A stretch of DNA of 35,853 bases from contig CAZLIG010000002.1 in the NCBI GenBank assembly GCA_964559415.1, forward strand, positions 1 to 35,853, in the 5' to 3' direction. The stretch comes from an uncultured Rhodospirillaceae bacterium. Lineage in GTDB: Bacteria; Pseudomonadota; Alphaproteobacteria; UBA9219. A program made the translations under genes and the position numbers. Positions 17,088 to 25,801 of the stretch are shown piece by piece. The number at the start of each line of letters is the position of its first letter. Within the stretch, counting starts at the first letter, position 1. The notes under the pieces are model-generated. The model was not told where the DNA came from. It worked only from the letters and a program-made list of their open reading frames with translations, and searched no databases.

Positions 17088-17119
17088 CTGCTGCTAACCC
17101 TATCCTTTTCCAACGATGC

Positions 17120-17446
17120 TTAGTGTTCTCCCACTGCCTCCTGCTGATGGCGATCGGCAACGGGGCGATATTCCTGCATACGCGTCGCCCTGAGGCCCCG
17201 AACGCCGTGAGAGTCGAGCAAGTTCATCCACGAACGAAGCTCTTCCTCGGAAAGGTTGTAGCGTCCGCAAGCATCTTCGAACGAAATCAGTCCGCCACGG
17301 ATAGCCGCGACCACTTGGGCCTTGCGGCGAACGACCCAACGCTGGGTGTCGGGAGGCGGAAGATGGCTGAGATCCTTCTCGCGCGAAATTCTGACGATCT
17401 TGACTTGCTCGCCGTCGGTAGAAAAGGAGGGTTGTTTCTGGCTCAT
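17120..17446 (-). CDS. sciP: DUF1153 helix-turn-helix protein, SciP-like CtrA inhibitor
   Basis: LPPPDTQRWVVRRKAQVVAAIRGGLISFEDACGRYNLSEEELRSWMNLLDSHGVRGLRATRMQEYR matches the SciP/DUF1153 pattern I remember. The size (108 aa) fits. Confidence 0.75.
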   Translation of the reverse strand: MSQKQPSFSTDGEQVKIVRISREKDLSHLPPPDTQRWVVRRKAQVVAAIRGGLISFEDACGRYNLSEEELRSWMNLLDSHGVRGLRATRMQEYRPVADRHQQEAVGEH

Positions 17447-17510
17447 AATAAAGCTCCATCCATAAAAAAATAGAATTCCTCAATACGGGGTTGAGCTTAT
17501 ACCCGATCAT

Positions 17511-17526
17511 TTAAAATATGGCTAAC
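17511..17526 (+). promoter_or_regulatory. Near-consensus CtrA box upstream of sciP
   Basis: TTAA-aatatgg-CTAAC against the consensus TTAA-N7-TTAAC (1 mismatch), 65-80 nt upstream of the sciP start in an A/T-rich spacer of about 270 nt. A weaker second site, TTAA-N7-CAAC, lies at about 17535-17549. Confidence 0.4.
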
Positions 17527-17719
17527 CAGTAAGGTTAATTTATGGCAACAACCGTAAAAAAGGGTGAAGAAATAGAAGGTGTTGCCCTTGATTTACCATG
17601 AATTTTTGGCACGCCAAGACACTCCCCTCGCCCCCGAATAAATATGCATATTGTCCTGAAGCCAATGTTTGATGAGTCAACTGGCGCAGATCGACGCACC
17701 CCATTCAGATAAACCAACC

Positions 17720-17760
17720 CGTCTTCCCCGCGAAGGCGGGGATCCCATTTGTTTTCTTAA
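17720..17760 (+). repeat. Palindromic intergenic repeat, copy D
   Basis: CGTCTTCCCCGCGAAGGCGGGGATCCCATTTGTTTTCTTAA. Confidence 0.85.
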
Positions 17761-17804
17761 TACAGCAGCCAATGCTCCTACTGCCCCACCCGGATTTTAG
17801 AAAT

Positions 17805-19079
17805 CTAAGGACAGGGATGATGCCTATGCCGTTCCGCACGCGCCTTGCCCAAACCGTCCCGCCTGGCCTCCAGCACCTTCGCGATAAAGATGTTCCTGCC
17901 GACGCCATCGTTGCGATAGATCGTGTTCACAGGCTTCGCCAAAAACTCTTCGGGAGCCATTCCCTGTTCTTCCGCAAGGCTTTTTACGCGCGCATGAGAT
18001 TGAGCAAGCGCATCCAAATCCAATTGTTTCACCATGCCTCTGGCCGTAAAAAAGTTTCCTTCGCCGATAGCGGTAATGGTCTCCGGCCTTACTCCCGCCA
18101 AAGCCGCTGTCTGTTGCACCAAGGCTTCAATGTCGATAACGCATTTTTTCGCATCGGAAGGATGCGATTTGAAAATGGGCCTGCCCGGATTTTCACTCGC
18201 GGCAAGAGCGACAAGATCTCGGTACTCTTGATCCGTTTCAAAATTTTCGCGCTTCAGTTCGGCGGCGTCGAAAAACCTGAGAGGCTTGCCAAAATAAGGC
18301 GACTGAGCATCAAGACTCGCCACCACATATTTCTTGGCCAAATCCATCCCCACTTCATAAGAAGTGCTGCTGTATCTGCCTTCATCAGCATCATAGCCGC
18401 CAATGGAGTCCGGCCCCAAACCCGGCCCGATATCGATCTGAACCGTCTTTACATCGATTTCATAAGTATCAACCATCGCCTCAATGGCCTTCTCCATCAC
18501 GCCGTATTGCAACAGCCCTTGATGAGACCCGACGACTAGGCACACCACAGGTTTCCCGTCCGATTTTGTGGCCTTGATCGCAATAGGATGCGCATCCGCA
18601 CCCACAATGGCGATAGGAGTGTCGGGATCATCCGTCATAATAACGTCCCCGGCCCTTTTCCTGATCTTTACTTCCTCTGCATCCGAAGTTTCAGGCGCGA
18701 CAAGCTCATCGAATTTATTCTCGTCCAGCACCCTTTTATTCACCATATGCGGCCCATCGCCTTTGCCGTAGCGCGACTCGAGCACGGTGAGCTGTTTCAG
18801 ATGCGTGCCAATGTAATCGGCCGCCTTGCAGATATTCTCCGCGACGGCCCGCATATATGTAAGCTGTTCAGATGATCCTTCAGGAAAAGCTCTTTTCCCC
18901 ACCGTAAAGACATTAAGACCGGCATAAATACCAACCAGTCTCTCGCCCATGCGGCGATCTTCGCTTACGCCGCCGTCGCGCTCAAAAAACACGACATCGA
19001 CGCCTGCGTAATCACGCCCTTCCTTAACTTTGATCCCCGGATGCGCTGACGCTTTCCGGACCCTATCGACAAACCGCAC
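17805..19079 (-). CDS. Hypothetical protein, possibly an expanded and divergent YfiH/PgeF (DUF152) homologue
   Basis: 424-aa ORF. Motifs in DUF152 order: ERDGGVS, VGADAHPIAI (cf. TADCLPV), CLVVGSHQGL (cf. HAGWRGL), IGPGLGP (cf. GPxIGP), NFFTARG (cf. FFSYRR). This is recognition by eye only. Confidence 0.45.
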   Translation of the reverse strand: MRFVDRVRKASAHPGIKVKEGRDYAGVDVVFFERDGGVSEDRRMGERLVGIYAGLNVFTVGKRAFPEGSSEQLTYMRAVAENICKAADYIGTHLKQLTVLESRYGKGDGPHMVNKRVLDENKFDELVAPETSDAEEVKIRKRAGDVIMTDDPDTPIAIVGADAHPIAIKATKSDGKPVVCLVVGSHQGLLQYGVMEKAIEAMVDTYEIDVKTVQIDIGPGLGPDSIGGYDADEGRYSSTSYEVGMDLAKKYVVASLDAQSPYFGKPLRFFDAAELKRENFETDQEYRDLVALAASENPGRPIFKSHPSDAKKCVIDIEALVQQTAALAGVRPETITAIGEGNFFTARGMVKQLDLDALAQSHARVKSLAEEQGMAPEEFLAKPVNTIYRNDGVGRNIFIAKVLEARRDGLGKARAERHRHHPCP

Positions 19080-19139
19080 AAAAGTTCCTTCAAATAAAAT
19101 AAATTTGAATAAGCATTTATAAATGCAGCCCTATTACTT

Positions 19140-19925
19140 TCAAAGCCTGTCGCATAAACGCTTCGAATCCGCCGACATTTTCAAAACCTCGGTGATTTTT
19201 TTAGCCGCCCTGCGCCGCGCCTCCCAAAGAACAAGGCTGACCCACAAAGGCGTGTCCGGCATACGCGAGAAAGGCTGCCCCGCATCGAAATCATACGGAT
19301 GCGCATAAGTCCACAAAACCTCATCCGGCAGCGCCTTAGAAAGAAAATGCCGAACTGCAACCATCGGCATCTCATAAAGATAAATCCCGCCCAAATACGG
19401 AATCCGCATTTTCCCGACCGCCGCCACAGGCTGCGGAAACTCGACCATTCCATTGGCCCACGTGAACGGCGTGCGCTTCACCCCCGGAAATCCGTAAAGC
19501 GAAACAGGCGTCGGCATGATGCTCGATGAATACTTAAATCCAAGCTCCGCCAAAACATCGAGTGCCCATATGCTTCCCGGCGTCAATGAAAAACGCGGTG
19601 CTCGAAATCCAATAACACGCGTTCCCGAAAGTTGCTCAAGCCGATCCTTATCGTCCTTGCTCTCGATAAAAAACCGCGCCCGTTCTTCCTCAGTCAGCGA
19701 CACATGGTTGTGCGAGTGATACCCAATCTCGTGTCCCCGCAACGCGATGTCCTTGATAAGCTGCGGGCAAGCCTGAGCCGCCCGCCCGACAGTAAAAAAC
19801 GTCGCCTTCCGCCCGCCAAGAGACTCGCAAAGCTCAAGAATGCGGTACGTCATAGGCACATATCGTCCACCTGCGGCATAGGCGCCGGTAGGGTCTTCAA
19901 GGTCTACCGTAAACGATATCTCCAT
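19140..19925 (-). CDS. Polysaccharide deacetylase (NodB homology, DUF3473/PEP-CTERM-locus-like subfamily)
   Basis: N-terminal FTVDLED motif, HEIGYHSHNH metal-binding motif, and GFRAPRFSL. The ATG shares one nucleotide with the mutS stop (TGATG). Confidence 0.8.
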   Translation of the reverse strand: MEISFTVDLEDPTGAYAAGGRYVPMTYRILELCESLGGRKATFFTVGRAAQACPQLIKDIALRGHEIGYHSHNHVSLTEEERARFFIESKDDKDRLEQLSGTRVIGFRAPRFSLTPGSIWALDVLAELGFKYSSSIMPTPVSLYGFPGVKRTPFTWANGMVEFPQPVAAVGKMRIPYLGGIYLYEMPMVAVRHFLSKALPDEVLWTYAHPYDFDAGQPFSRMPDTPLWVSLVLWEARRRAAKKITEVLKMSADSKRLCDRL

Positions 19926-22588
19926 CAGCCGCGCACCATCCCTTTAATCTGGTAAAGCATATCAAGCGCCTGTCTCGGATTCAGCGCATCCGGATCAAGC
20001 GCCGTCAAAATCGCCTCCAGCTCGTTGCTAAGCTTTTTGGCCGGAGCCTCTACCTTGGCCGTGGCATCGAACGCCGGCAGGTTTTCCGCCAACTCCGCCT
20101 GCCCGCTCTTTTGCTTCTGGCTTTCAAGCTGCGCCAACACCTGCGAAGCCCGCATAATCGCCGAGGCCGGAAGCCCCGCCATCTGCGCCACGTGAATGCC
20201 ATAAGAGCGATCAGCCACGCCGTCGATCACCTCATGAAGAAAAACAATCTTGTTTTCCCACTCCCTGATCCGCATGGTCGCGCAATGCAACGCGGCCAGC
20301 TTCCCATCGAGCGCCGTCAATTCATGATAATGCGTCGCGAACAGCGCCCGGCACTTGTTGATTTCATGCAAATGCTCAAGCACGGCCCAGGCAATCGAAA
20401 GCCCGTCATAAGTCGCCGTCCCGCGCCCGATTTCGTCGAGAATGACAAGCGCCCTTTCGCCCGCCTGATGAAGAATCGCCGCCGTCTCCACCATCTCGAC
20501 CATAAACGTCGAGCGTCCTGCCGCCAGATCGTCGGCAGCCCCCACGCGACTGAACAGCCTGTCAACAACCCCGATATGCGCCGCCGCCGCAGGCACGAAC
20601 GCCCCCATCTGAGCCATAAGCGCGATCAGCGCATTCTGCCTCAAAAATGTTGATTTACCCGCCATGTTCGGCCCGGTCAGCAACCACAAATGCCGCCCTG
20701 CCGTCAAATCGCAATCGTTGGAAATAAACTTGGCCCCGCCTCCATTCCTGCCAAGCGCCTGCTCGACAACCGGATGCCTCCCGCCTTTGATCTGAAACTC
20801 CATCGACGTATCGACCACGGGCCTTGAATAGCTCTGCTCAACCGCCAGCTCCGCGAGCGCCGCCGCCACATCGAGCGCGGCAAGCGCCTGAGCCGTCTGC
20901 CGCATCTCGGGCAACCGGACGACAACCTCCTGCACAAGCTCGGCAAAAAGCTGCATCTCGACCGCAAGCGCGCGATCCGCCGCCTCGGTAATTTTCCGTT
21001 CCAACTCCGAAAGCTCAACCGTGGTAAACCGCGCCGAAGACGCCAGCGTCTGCCGATGGATAAACGTATCCTTATCCGCAAAAAGCTTATCCGCCTGCGA
21101 CGCCGTCACCTCAATGTGATACCCGATAACCTGATTGTGCTTGATCTTAAGGGTCGCCACATGACTCAGCGCCGCATATTTCTGCTGAAGCCCCGCAATA
21201 AGCCGCTTTCCGTCGTCGCGCAGCATCACAAGCTCATCGAGCTGAAGCGCAAACCCTTTGGCGATAAAATTACCGTCGCGCGCAAGCATCGGCAACTCTT
21301 CCGCAAGCGCCCGCTCAAGCTTGTCCACGATTAAGTCATGGCCCCCAAGCTGTTCGACCTCAACCCTCAAACACTCCGGTGCCCCAACAAGAACGGACCT
21401 TATCTCCCCCGCCCTGCGCACCGCCTCCCGCACGCTCGCCAAATCGCGCGGCCCTCCGCGCCCGAGCGCCAGCCGCGCCAGTGCGCGCTCCAAATCAGGC
21501 GTCCTCCGCAAAAACCCGCGCACTTTTGCCCGCGCATCCGCCGACATCACAAAATATTCAACAGCGTCAAGCCGCGCCTGAATAACCCGAACGTCAGTCA
21601 GCGGTGCCGTCAACCGCGACGCAAGCAACCGCGCTCCGGCCCCCGTCTCAGTGCGGTCGATCGCCGAAAGCAAACTCCCCTGCCTCTCCCCCGAAAGCGT
21701 CCGCGTCAGCTCCAAATTCCGCCGCGTCGAGGCGTCAATGGCCACCTGCATCGTCCCCGCCTTCTGAGGCGGCGAGAAATGCTTGAGATCGGTCTTTTGC
21801 GTAAGCTCGATGTAATCAAGCAAAGCCCCCAGCGCCGCAATCTCGGCCCGCCCGAAATCCCCAAACGCTGCCAAGTCCCCCACACCGTAAATATCCAAAA
21901 TACGCCGCCGCGCATTGTCGCTGTCGAACCGCGAATTCGGCTGAGGCGCAAGTTGCGTCCTCCAAGGGGCAAGCGCCTCGAACAGCTCCGGTGTCTCCAC
22001 CGCCCTTTGTGAAATCAATATTTCGCTCGGATCGATGCTCGCCAAAGCTCCCGCCAAATCGAGCGCCTCAAGCCCCTGAACATAAACCCGCCCCGTCACG
22101 ATATCGCACCACGCAAGCGCCAGCTCATTTCCGATGCTTGTGACGCAGGCAAGAAAGTTCGCAGCCCGCGCATCGAGCAAGCTGTCCTCGGTAAGCGTCC
22201 CCGGCGTAATGATGCGAATGACATCGCGCGTCACAATGGATTTGTTCCCGCGCTTCTTGGCCTCCGCAGGAGACTCCTGCTGCTCGCAAATCGCAACCCT
22301 GAACCCCGCGCGAATGAGCTTGGCCACATACCCCTCGTAGGAATGCGCAGGCACGCCGCACATAGGCACGTCCTGCCCCTTATGCTGCCCGCGCTTCGTC
22401 AGCGCGATATCGAGCGCCTTCGACGCCGTAAGCGCATCCTCGAAAAAAAGTTCATAGAAATCGCCAAGCCTGAAAAAAAGCAGGCAGTCCTGATGTTGCC
22501 TTTTAACAGCAAAGTATTGCGCAAGCAGCGGAGTCGCCGCCTCGGGCGTCTGAAGGTCTGAGAGAAAGGAAGCCTGAACTGGGGGCAT
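19925..22588 (-). CDS. mutS: DNA mismatch repair protein MutS
   Basis: TPLLAQYFAVKRQHQDCLLFFRLGDFYELFFEDA at the N-terminus, Walker A GPNMAGKSTFLRQ, and the DEIGRGTATYDG motif. Start moved to residue 31 of the track ORF (MPPVQ...), about 22588, because MutS normally begins just before the TP(L/M)MxQY motif. Confidence 0.92.
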   Translation of the reverse strand: MPPVQASFLSDLQTPEAATPLLAQYFAVKRQHQDCLLFFRLGDFYELFFEDALTASKALDIALTKRGQHKGQDVPMCGVPAHSYEGYVAKLIRAGFRVAICEQQESPAEAKKRGNKSIVTRDVIRIITPGTLTEDSLLDARAANFLACVTSIGNELALAWCDIVTGRVYVQGLEALDLAGALASIDPSEILISQRAVETPELFEALAPWRTQLAPQPNSRFDSDNARRRILDIYGVGDLAAFGDFGRAEIAALGALLDYIELTQKTDLKHFSPPQKAGTMQVAIDASTRRNLELTRTLSGERQGSLLSAIDRTETGAGARLLASRLTAPLTDVRVIQARLDAVEYFVMSADARAKVRGFLRRTPDLERALARLALGRGGPRDLASVREAVRRAGEIRSVLVGAPECLRVEVEQLGGHDLIVDKLERALAEELPMLARDGNFIAKGFALQLDELVMLRDDGKRLIAGLQQKYAALSHVATLKIKHNQVIGYHIEVTASQADKLFADKDTFIHRQTLASSARFTTVELSELERKITEAADRALAVEMQLFAELVQEVVVRLPEMRQTAQALAALDVAAALAELAVEQSYSRPVVDTSMEFQIKGGRHPVVEQALGRNGGGAKFISNDCDLTAGRHLWLLTGPNMAGKSTFLRQNALIALMAQMGAFVPAAAAHIGVVDRLFSRVGAADDLAAGRSTFMVEMVETAAILHQAGERALVILDEIGRGTATYDGLSIAWAVLEHLHEINKCRALFATHYHELTALDGKLAALHCATMRIREWENKIVFLHEVIDGVADRSYGIHVAQMAGLPASAIMRASQVLAQLESQKQKSGQAELAENLPAFDATAKVEAPAKKLSNELEAILTALDPDALNPRQALDMLYQIKGMVRG

Positions 22589-22751
22589 CTGGTACCAAAA
22601 AAAGCTGAACAAACAAGAAATGACAATGCCAAAACCGAAGCCAAGCATCAATGTTGGCGTCATAGCACTGCCCTTCAAAAGTATTAACCAAAAAGAAGGT
22701 AATTTATTTTGGATTTTCCATGCTATGCTCTGTCCATGGAGGATTTAGCAA

Positions 22752-23471
22752 ATGCTTTTAGTCCTGCCTTCCCGAGCGCCGTGGGCCTCGAATCGCCCAA
22801 GTGATTACTACGCTCCGCTGAGACTCATGACCGAGAGTCTCGCACACAAAGCCAAACGCTACATTGGCCTGACAAAAGTTTACGAACAATCCTCCTGGCG
22901 TCCCCCGCGTGAAATCCTTCTAGGCCCACCCAAAGATGGCGCCTCCGAAAAGAAAGTCGGGGAGGCCTCTAAGTTGGTGCAGGGCGCAACAGCGGCCATG
23001 GAGACGGCATTACCCGGAAACAAAGGCCCCGGCGCATCGAAAGGGCAAAGCGCTGCTGGCCGTGTGACGCTCCAAACCAACCCCATCGCAAACCCCAAAA
23101 TTCTTCCCTCGGATGATGACGAGGAAGAAGGCGGCGGCATCCCTGTCAGGGGAGGCCAAGCCCCGACAAAATATGAGACAAGGCGAAGCTACTCCCCTGC
23201 CTCCCTTCTCAAACTGCCCAATTTCCGCCCCGGAAACACATGGTTCCCCGCCAACGAAGGCGGCTACAGAACGGCGGCTATCGCAGCAACCGCTACTCTG
23301 GATGAAGGCGGAAAAGAAAAAACGTCACCCTCGGCAAGCGAGAAAAGTTCCTTTGCGACCATCGTCCAGTCCGTAGTCGCGAGCCTGTTCGCACCATCGC
23401 CCGGTCCCTCGTTGCCGTCCCCCATCTGGGTCGCAAGCGGCCACCGCGATCCCAAAAAGCCCGAACCATAA
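22752..23471 (+). CDS. Low-complexity, probably disordered hypothetical protein
   Basis: It is the only long ORF with C/G-ending codon bias in the ~950-nt gap between mutS and acpS. It is rich in G/P/S/A/K and I recognise no motif. An alternative start is the M at about 22827. Confidence 0.35.
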   Translation: MLLVLPSRAPWASNRPSDYYAPLRLMTESLAHKAKRYIGLTKVYEQSSWRPPREILLGPPKDGASEKKVGEASKLVQGATAAMETALPGNKGPGASKGQSAAGRVTLQTNPIANPKILPSDDDEEEGGGIPVRGGQAPTKYETRRSYSPASLLKLPNFRPGNTWFPANEGGYRTAAIAATATLDEGGKEKTSPSASEKSSFATIVQSVVASLFAPSPGPSLPSPIWVASGHRDPKKPEP

Positions 23472-23543
23472 GTCACGTCATGGTTAACGGAGGGTGCGAC
23501 TCGCAAGCTTCTTTTGCGCCAAGCTCATGCTATAAACCCACCC

Positions 23544-23936
23544 ATGATCATCGGCATCGGCAGCGACCTCGCAAACATCGACCGCATCGAAACCTTGCTC
23601 GTCAAGTACGGCGACCGTTTTATCGACCACCTCTTTACGTCTGCCGAACGCGCGCAGGCAAACGCAAAAACAAACAAGGCCGCTCACTATGCCAAACGCT
23701 TCGCCGCAAAAGAGGCCTGCGCCAAAGCCCTCGGAACCGGCTTCCAAAATGGAATCTACTTCAAGGACATGAGCATCACGAACCGTCCCTCAGGCCAACC
23801 CGAGCTAACGTTATCCGGCGAAGCCCTAAAGCGCCTCCAAGCGCTTACCCCGCAAGGCGCAACCGCCAAAATTCACCTAAGCCTCACCGACGACCCCCCC
23901 TTCGCCCAAGCCTTCGTCATCATCGAAGCCCTCTAG
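23544..23936 (+). CDS. acpS: Holo-[acyl-carrier-protein] synthase
   Basis: MIIGIGSDLANIDRIE..., FAAKEACAKALGTG and SLTDD motifs. Start reset to the ATG at 23544. Confidence 0.9.
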   Translation: MIIGIGSDLANIDRIETLLVKYGDRFIDHLFTSAERAQANAKTNKAAHYAKRFAAKEACAKALGTGFQNGIYFKDMSITNRPSGQPELTLSGEALKRLQALTPQGATAKIHLSLTDDPPFAQAFVIIEAL

Positions 23937-23950
23937 CATATCCCCGTTGG

Positions 23951-24045
23951 TCGTCATCCCGGCGAAAGCACCGCGACCGCTATCCCCTTTACCGTCATCC
24001 TCGGCGCCGCGCAGCGGCGACCGGGGATCCAGCTTTGTTTCTTAG
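23951..24045 (+). repeat. Two adjacent degenerate copies (E1, E2) of the palindromic repeat between convergent acpS and rppH
   Basis: E1 is TCGTCATCCCGGCGAAAGC.... E2 is CCGTCATCCTCGGCGCCGCGCAGCGGCGACCGGGGATCCAGCTTTGTTTCTTAG. Confidence 0.65.
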
Positions 24046-24067
24046 AGCGGCACAACAGCACAAACGC

Positions 24068-24616
24068 TCAAATGCCCGGAAGCATCTCCCCCCGCGCAAT
24101 CGCGTCGCTGATGGGCAGAAACGCCTCCACCACGCGATCATAAGCAGGCTTCTTGAACGACACGATCATCGCGGGCACCGCCCTGAGCGGAGCCCACCGC
24201 CACGCGACAAACTCTGGAGCCTCCGGTTCGTCCTTGCCGGACAAATCAATCTCGCGATCTTCCCCAAGAAACTGAAGCGCAAACCACTCCTGCTCCTGCC
24301 CGCGATACTTGCCGTGAAAAACAAGCCCATTGCCGTCATTGCTGATGCGCCTGTTCTGAAGCCAGTCGGGGAACTCGTACCGCAGCACTTCCGGCACCCG
24401 CCCGATGATCCGCGCATGATCGGTCCCGATCTCTTCCTTCATCTCGCGCAAAACAGCCCTTAGCGGATCTTCGCCCTTCTGAACGCCGCCCTGAGGCATT
24501 TGCCAAGCGCCCGCCTTGTCCCGCCGCTCGGCGACCAAAACGAGCCCCTCTTTATTAAAAAGCGCAATACCAACACCATGACGATACGGTAATTTGTGTA
24601 AATCAATGACAGTCAT
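24068..24616 (-). CDS. rppH: RNA pyrophosphohydrolase (Nudix)
   Basis: YRHGVGIALFN, and the Nudix box GGVQKGEDPLRAVLREMKEEIG. Start reset to the ATG at 24616, 1 nt after the upstream gene's stop. Confidence 0.9.
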   Translation of the reverse strand: MTVIDLHKLPYRHGVGIALFNKEGLVLVAERRDKAGAWQMPQGGVQKGEDPLRAVLREMKEEIGTDHARIIGRVPEVLRYEFPDWLQNRRISNDGNGLVFHGKYRGQEQEWFALQFLGEDREIDLSGKDEPEAPEFVAWRWAPLRAVPAMIVSFKKPAYDRVVEAFLPISDAIARGEMLPGI

Positions 24617-24617
24617 T

Positions 24618-25700
24618 TTATTGAACCATAGCACTAAGCGGCGCGAGCGCGATGCCGCGTTCGGGCAGCGATTTGGCCCACGCCTGAATCTGATTAAGCA
24701 TAAGCGGCGTAGCCGCAGTAATCCCCACGGCCCTGCCGTTCTGACGCGCCGTTTTTTCCAAATTGTCGAGGGCGGCCGCAACGGCCTCTGGAGAGAGATC
24801 GACATCGAGCCGTTGCGTCATCTCCGCCACCGGCACCCCTGCGCTACGCGCCGAGTCCATAACCGCTGTACGCGGCACGACGCGCGAATCGAGCACCATA
24901 AGCCCCCTATCCTGCAAGGCCTTAAGGATCAAACTGAACCTCGCCGGATCGGAGGTCATGCGCGAGGCATAAGTTGTCGTAACCCCGACATACCCCGAAG
25001 CGCGGCGGAGGGTCTTCAAAAGCCGCGTTAAATTTTCGCTGTTCGACAAGTTGGAAAGCAGCGTATCCGGCCCCGGATCGCTGTGCGGATAGTCGAACGG
25101 CTCAACCGGGATTTGAATCAAAATCTCATGCCCATCCTGCCGCGCGCGACTCCCCCAAGCGCCAACCGCCGGAGCCTGCGAGTCGAACGAAAGCGTGATG
25201 GTCGGGGGCGTCTGGGCAATCGCCTGATCTGTAATCGTGCGCGACATCCCGAGATCGGTAATCACAATCGCGATGCGCGGCCTCCTGTCGGCCAGATTGA
25301 ATGGCCGCGCATAAACCTGCCACGGAGCAAAGCCCCCCTCGCTGATGCGCGGCAAAGGCCCTTCCAGCGTGTCCTCGGTAACCCTCACATCCGGCGCAGA
25401 AAGAAGCTTGACGCTCCGGTCGTTGTGATCGTTAAGGGCAGGCGCATGAATGTCTGTTTCGATCCTGCGCGCGCTCGGCGTCCACTTTTCCGCCGAACCG
25501 GAAATCCACGCCTCGCTAAAATCGCCTTCCATCTTTTGGAGATGGCGCTTCTTGCCGTGAATGAACGCGGGAGGGAGAACGAGCAGCGCAAAAAGAACAA
25601 CAGTGACGCTGAGTTTCCAATTGCGAGGGTACCGCGCGAGAAAAGTCTCGCGCCGGGGCGGCAACACGAAATCATCGTTGACGTTCTCGGACATACCCAC
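24618..25700 (-). CDS. Divergent polysaccharide deacetylase family protein (YibQ-like)
   Basis: N-terminal TM anchor, then RIAIVITDLGMS, TLSF, HEILIQIPVEPFDYP and GVTTTYASRMT motifs typical of the YibQ family. It is adjacent to rppH, as in many alphaproteobacteria. Confidence 0.8.
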   Translation of the reverse strand: MGMSENVNDDFVLPPRRETFLARYPRNWKLSVTVVLFALLVLPPAFIHGKKRHLQKMEGDFSEAWISGSAEKWTPSARRIETDIHAPALNDHNDRSVKLLSAPDVRVTEDTLEGPLPRISEGGFAPWQVYARPFNLADRRPRIAIVITDLGMSRTITDQAIAQTPPTITLSFDSQAPAVGAWGSRARQDGHEILIQIPVEPFDYPHSDPGPDTLLSNLSNSENLTRLLKTLRRASGYVGVTTTYASRMTSDPARFSLILKALQDRGLMVLDSRVVPRTAVMDSARSAGVPVAEMTQRLDVDLSPEAVAAALDNLEKTARQNGRAVGITAATPLMLNQIQAWAKSLPERGIALAPLSAMVQ

Positions 25701-25801
25701 GAATCCAGTTAACCAATCCCGGACTTTATAGCCATTTCAAGCGTGCGCAAACCTCTTTTTGGGGAAAAAAGAACGCGCAATTCCCCCCAACTCCGCTCTT
25801 T

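Noticed and set aside
22589-22678. An upstream TTG start that would add a 30-aa hydrophobic N-terminus (TPTLMLGFGFGIVISCLFSFFWYQ) to MutS.
   Set aside because: MutS is cytoplasmic and normally starts just before the TPLMxQY motif. The internal ATG (MPPVQ...) gives a canonical N-terminus.
23480-24463. A 327-aa + strand ORF spanning acpS, the repeat region and antisense rppH.
   Set aside because: It is out of frame with the clear acpS and antisense to rppH, and its composition is Arg/Pro-rich shadow.
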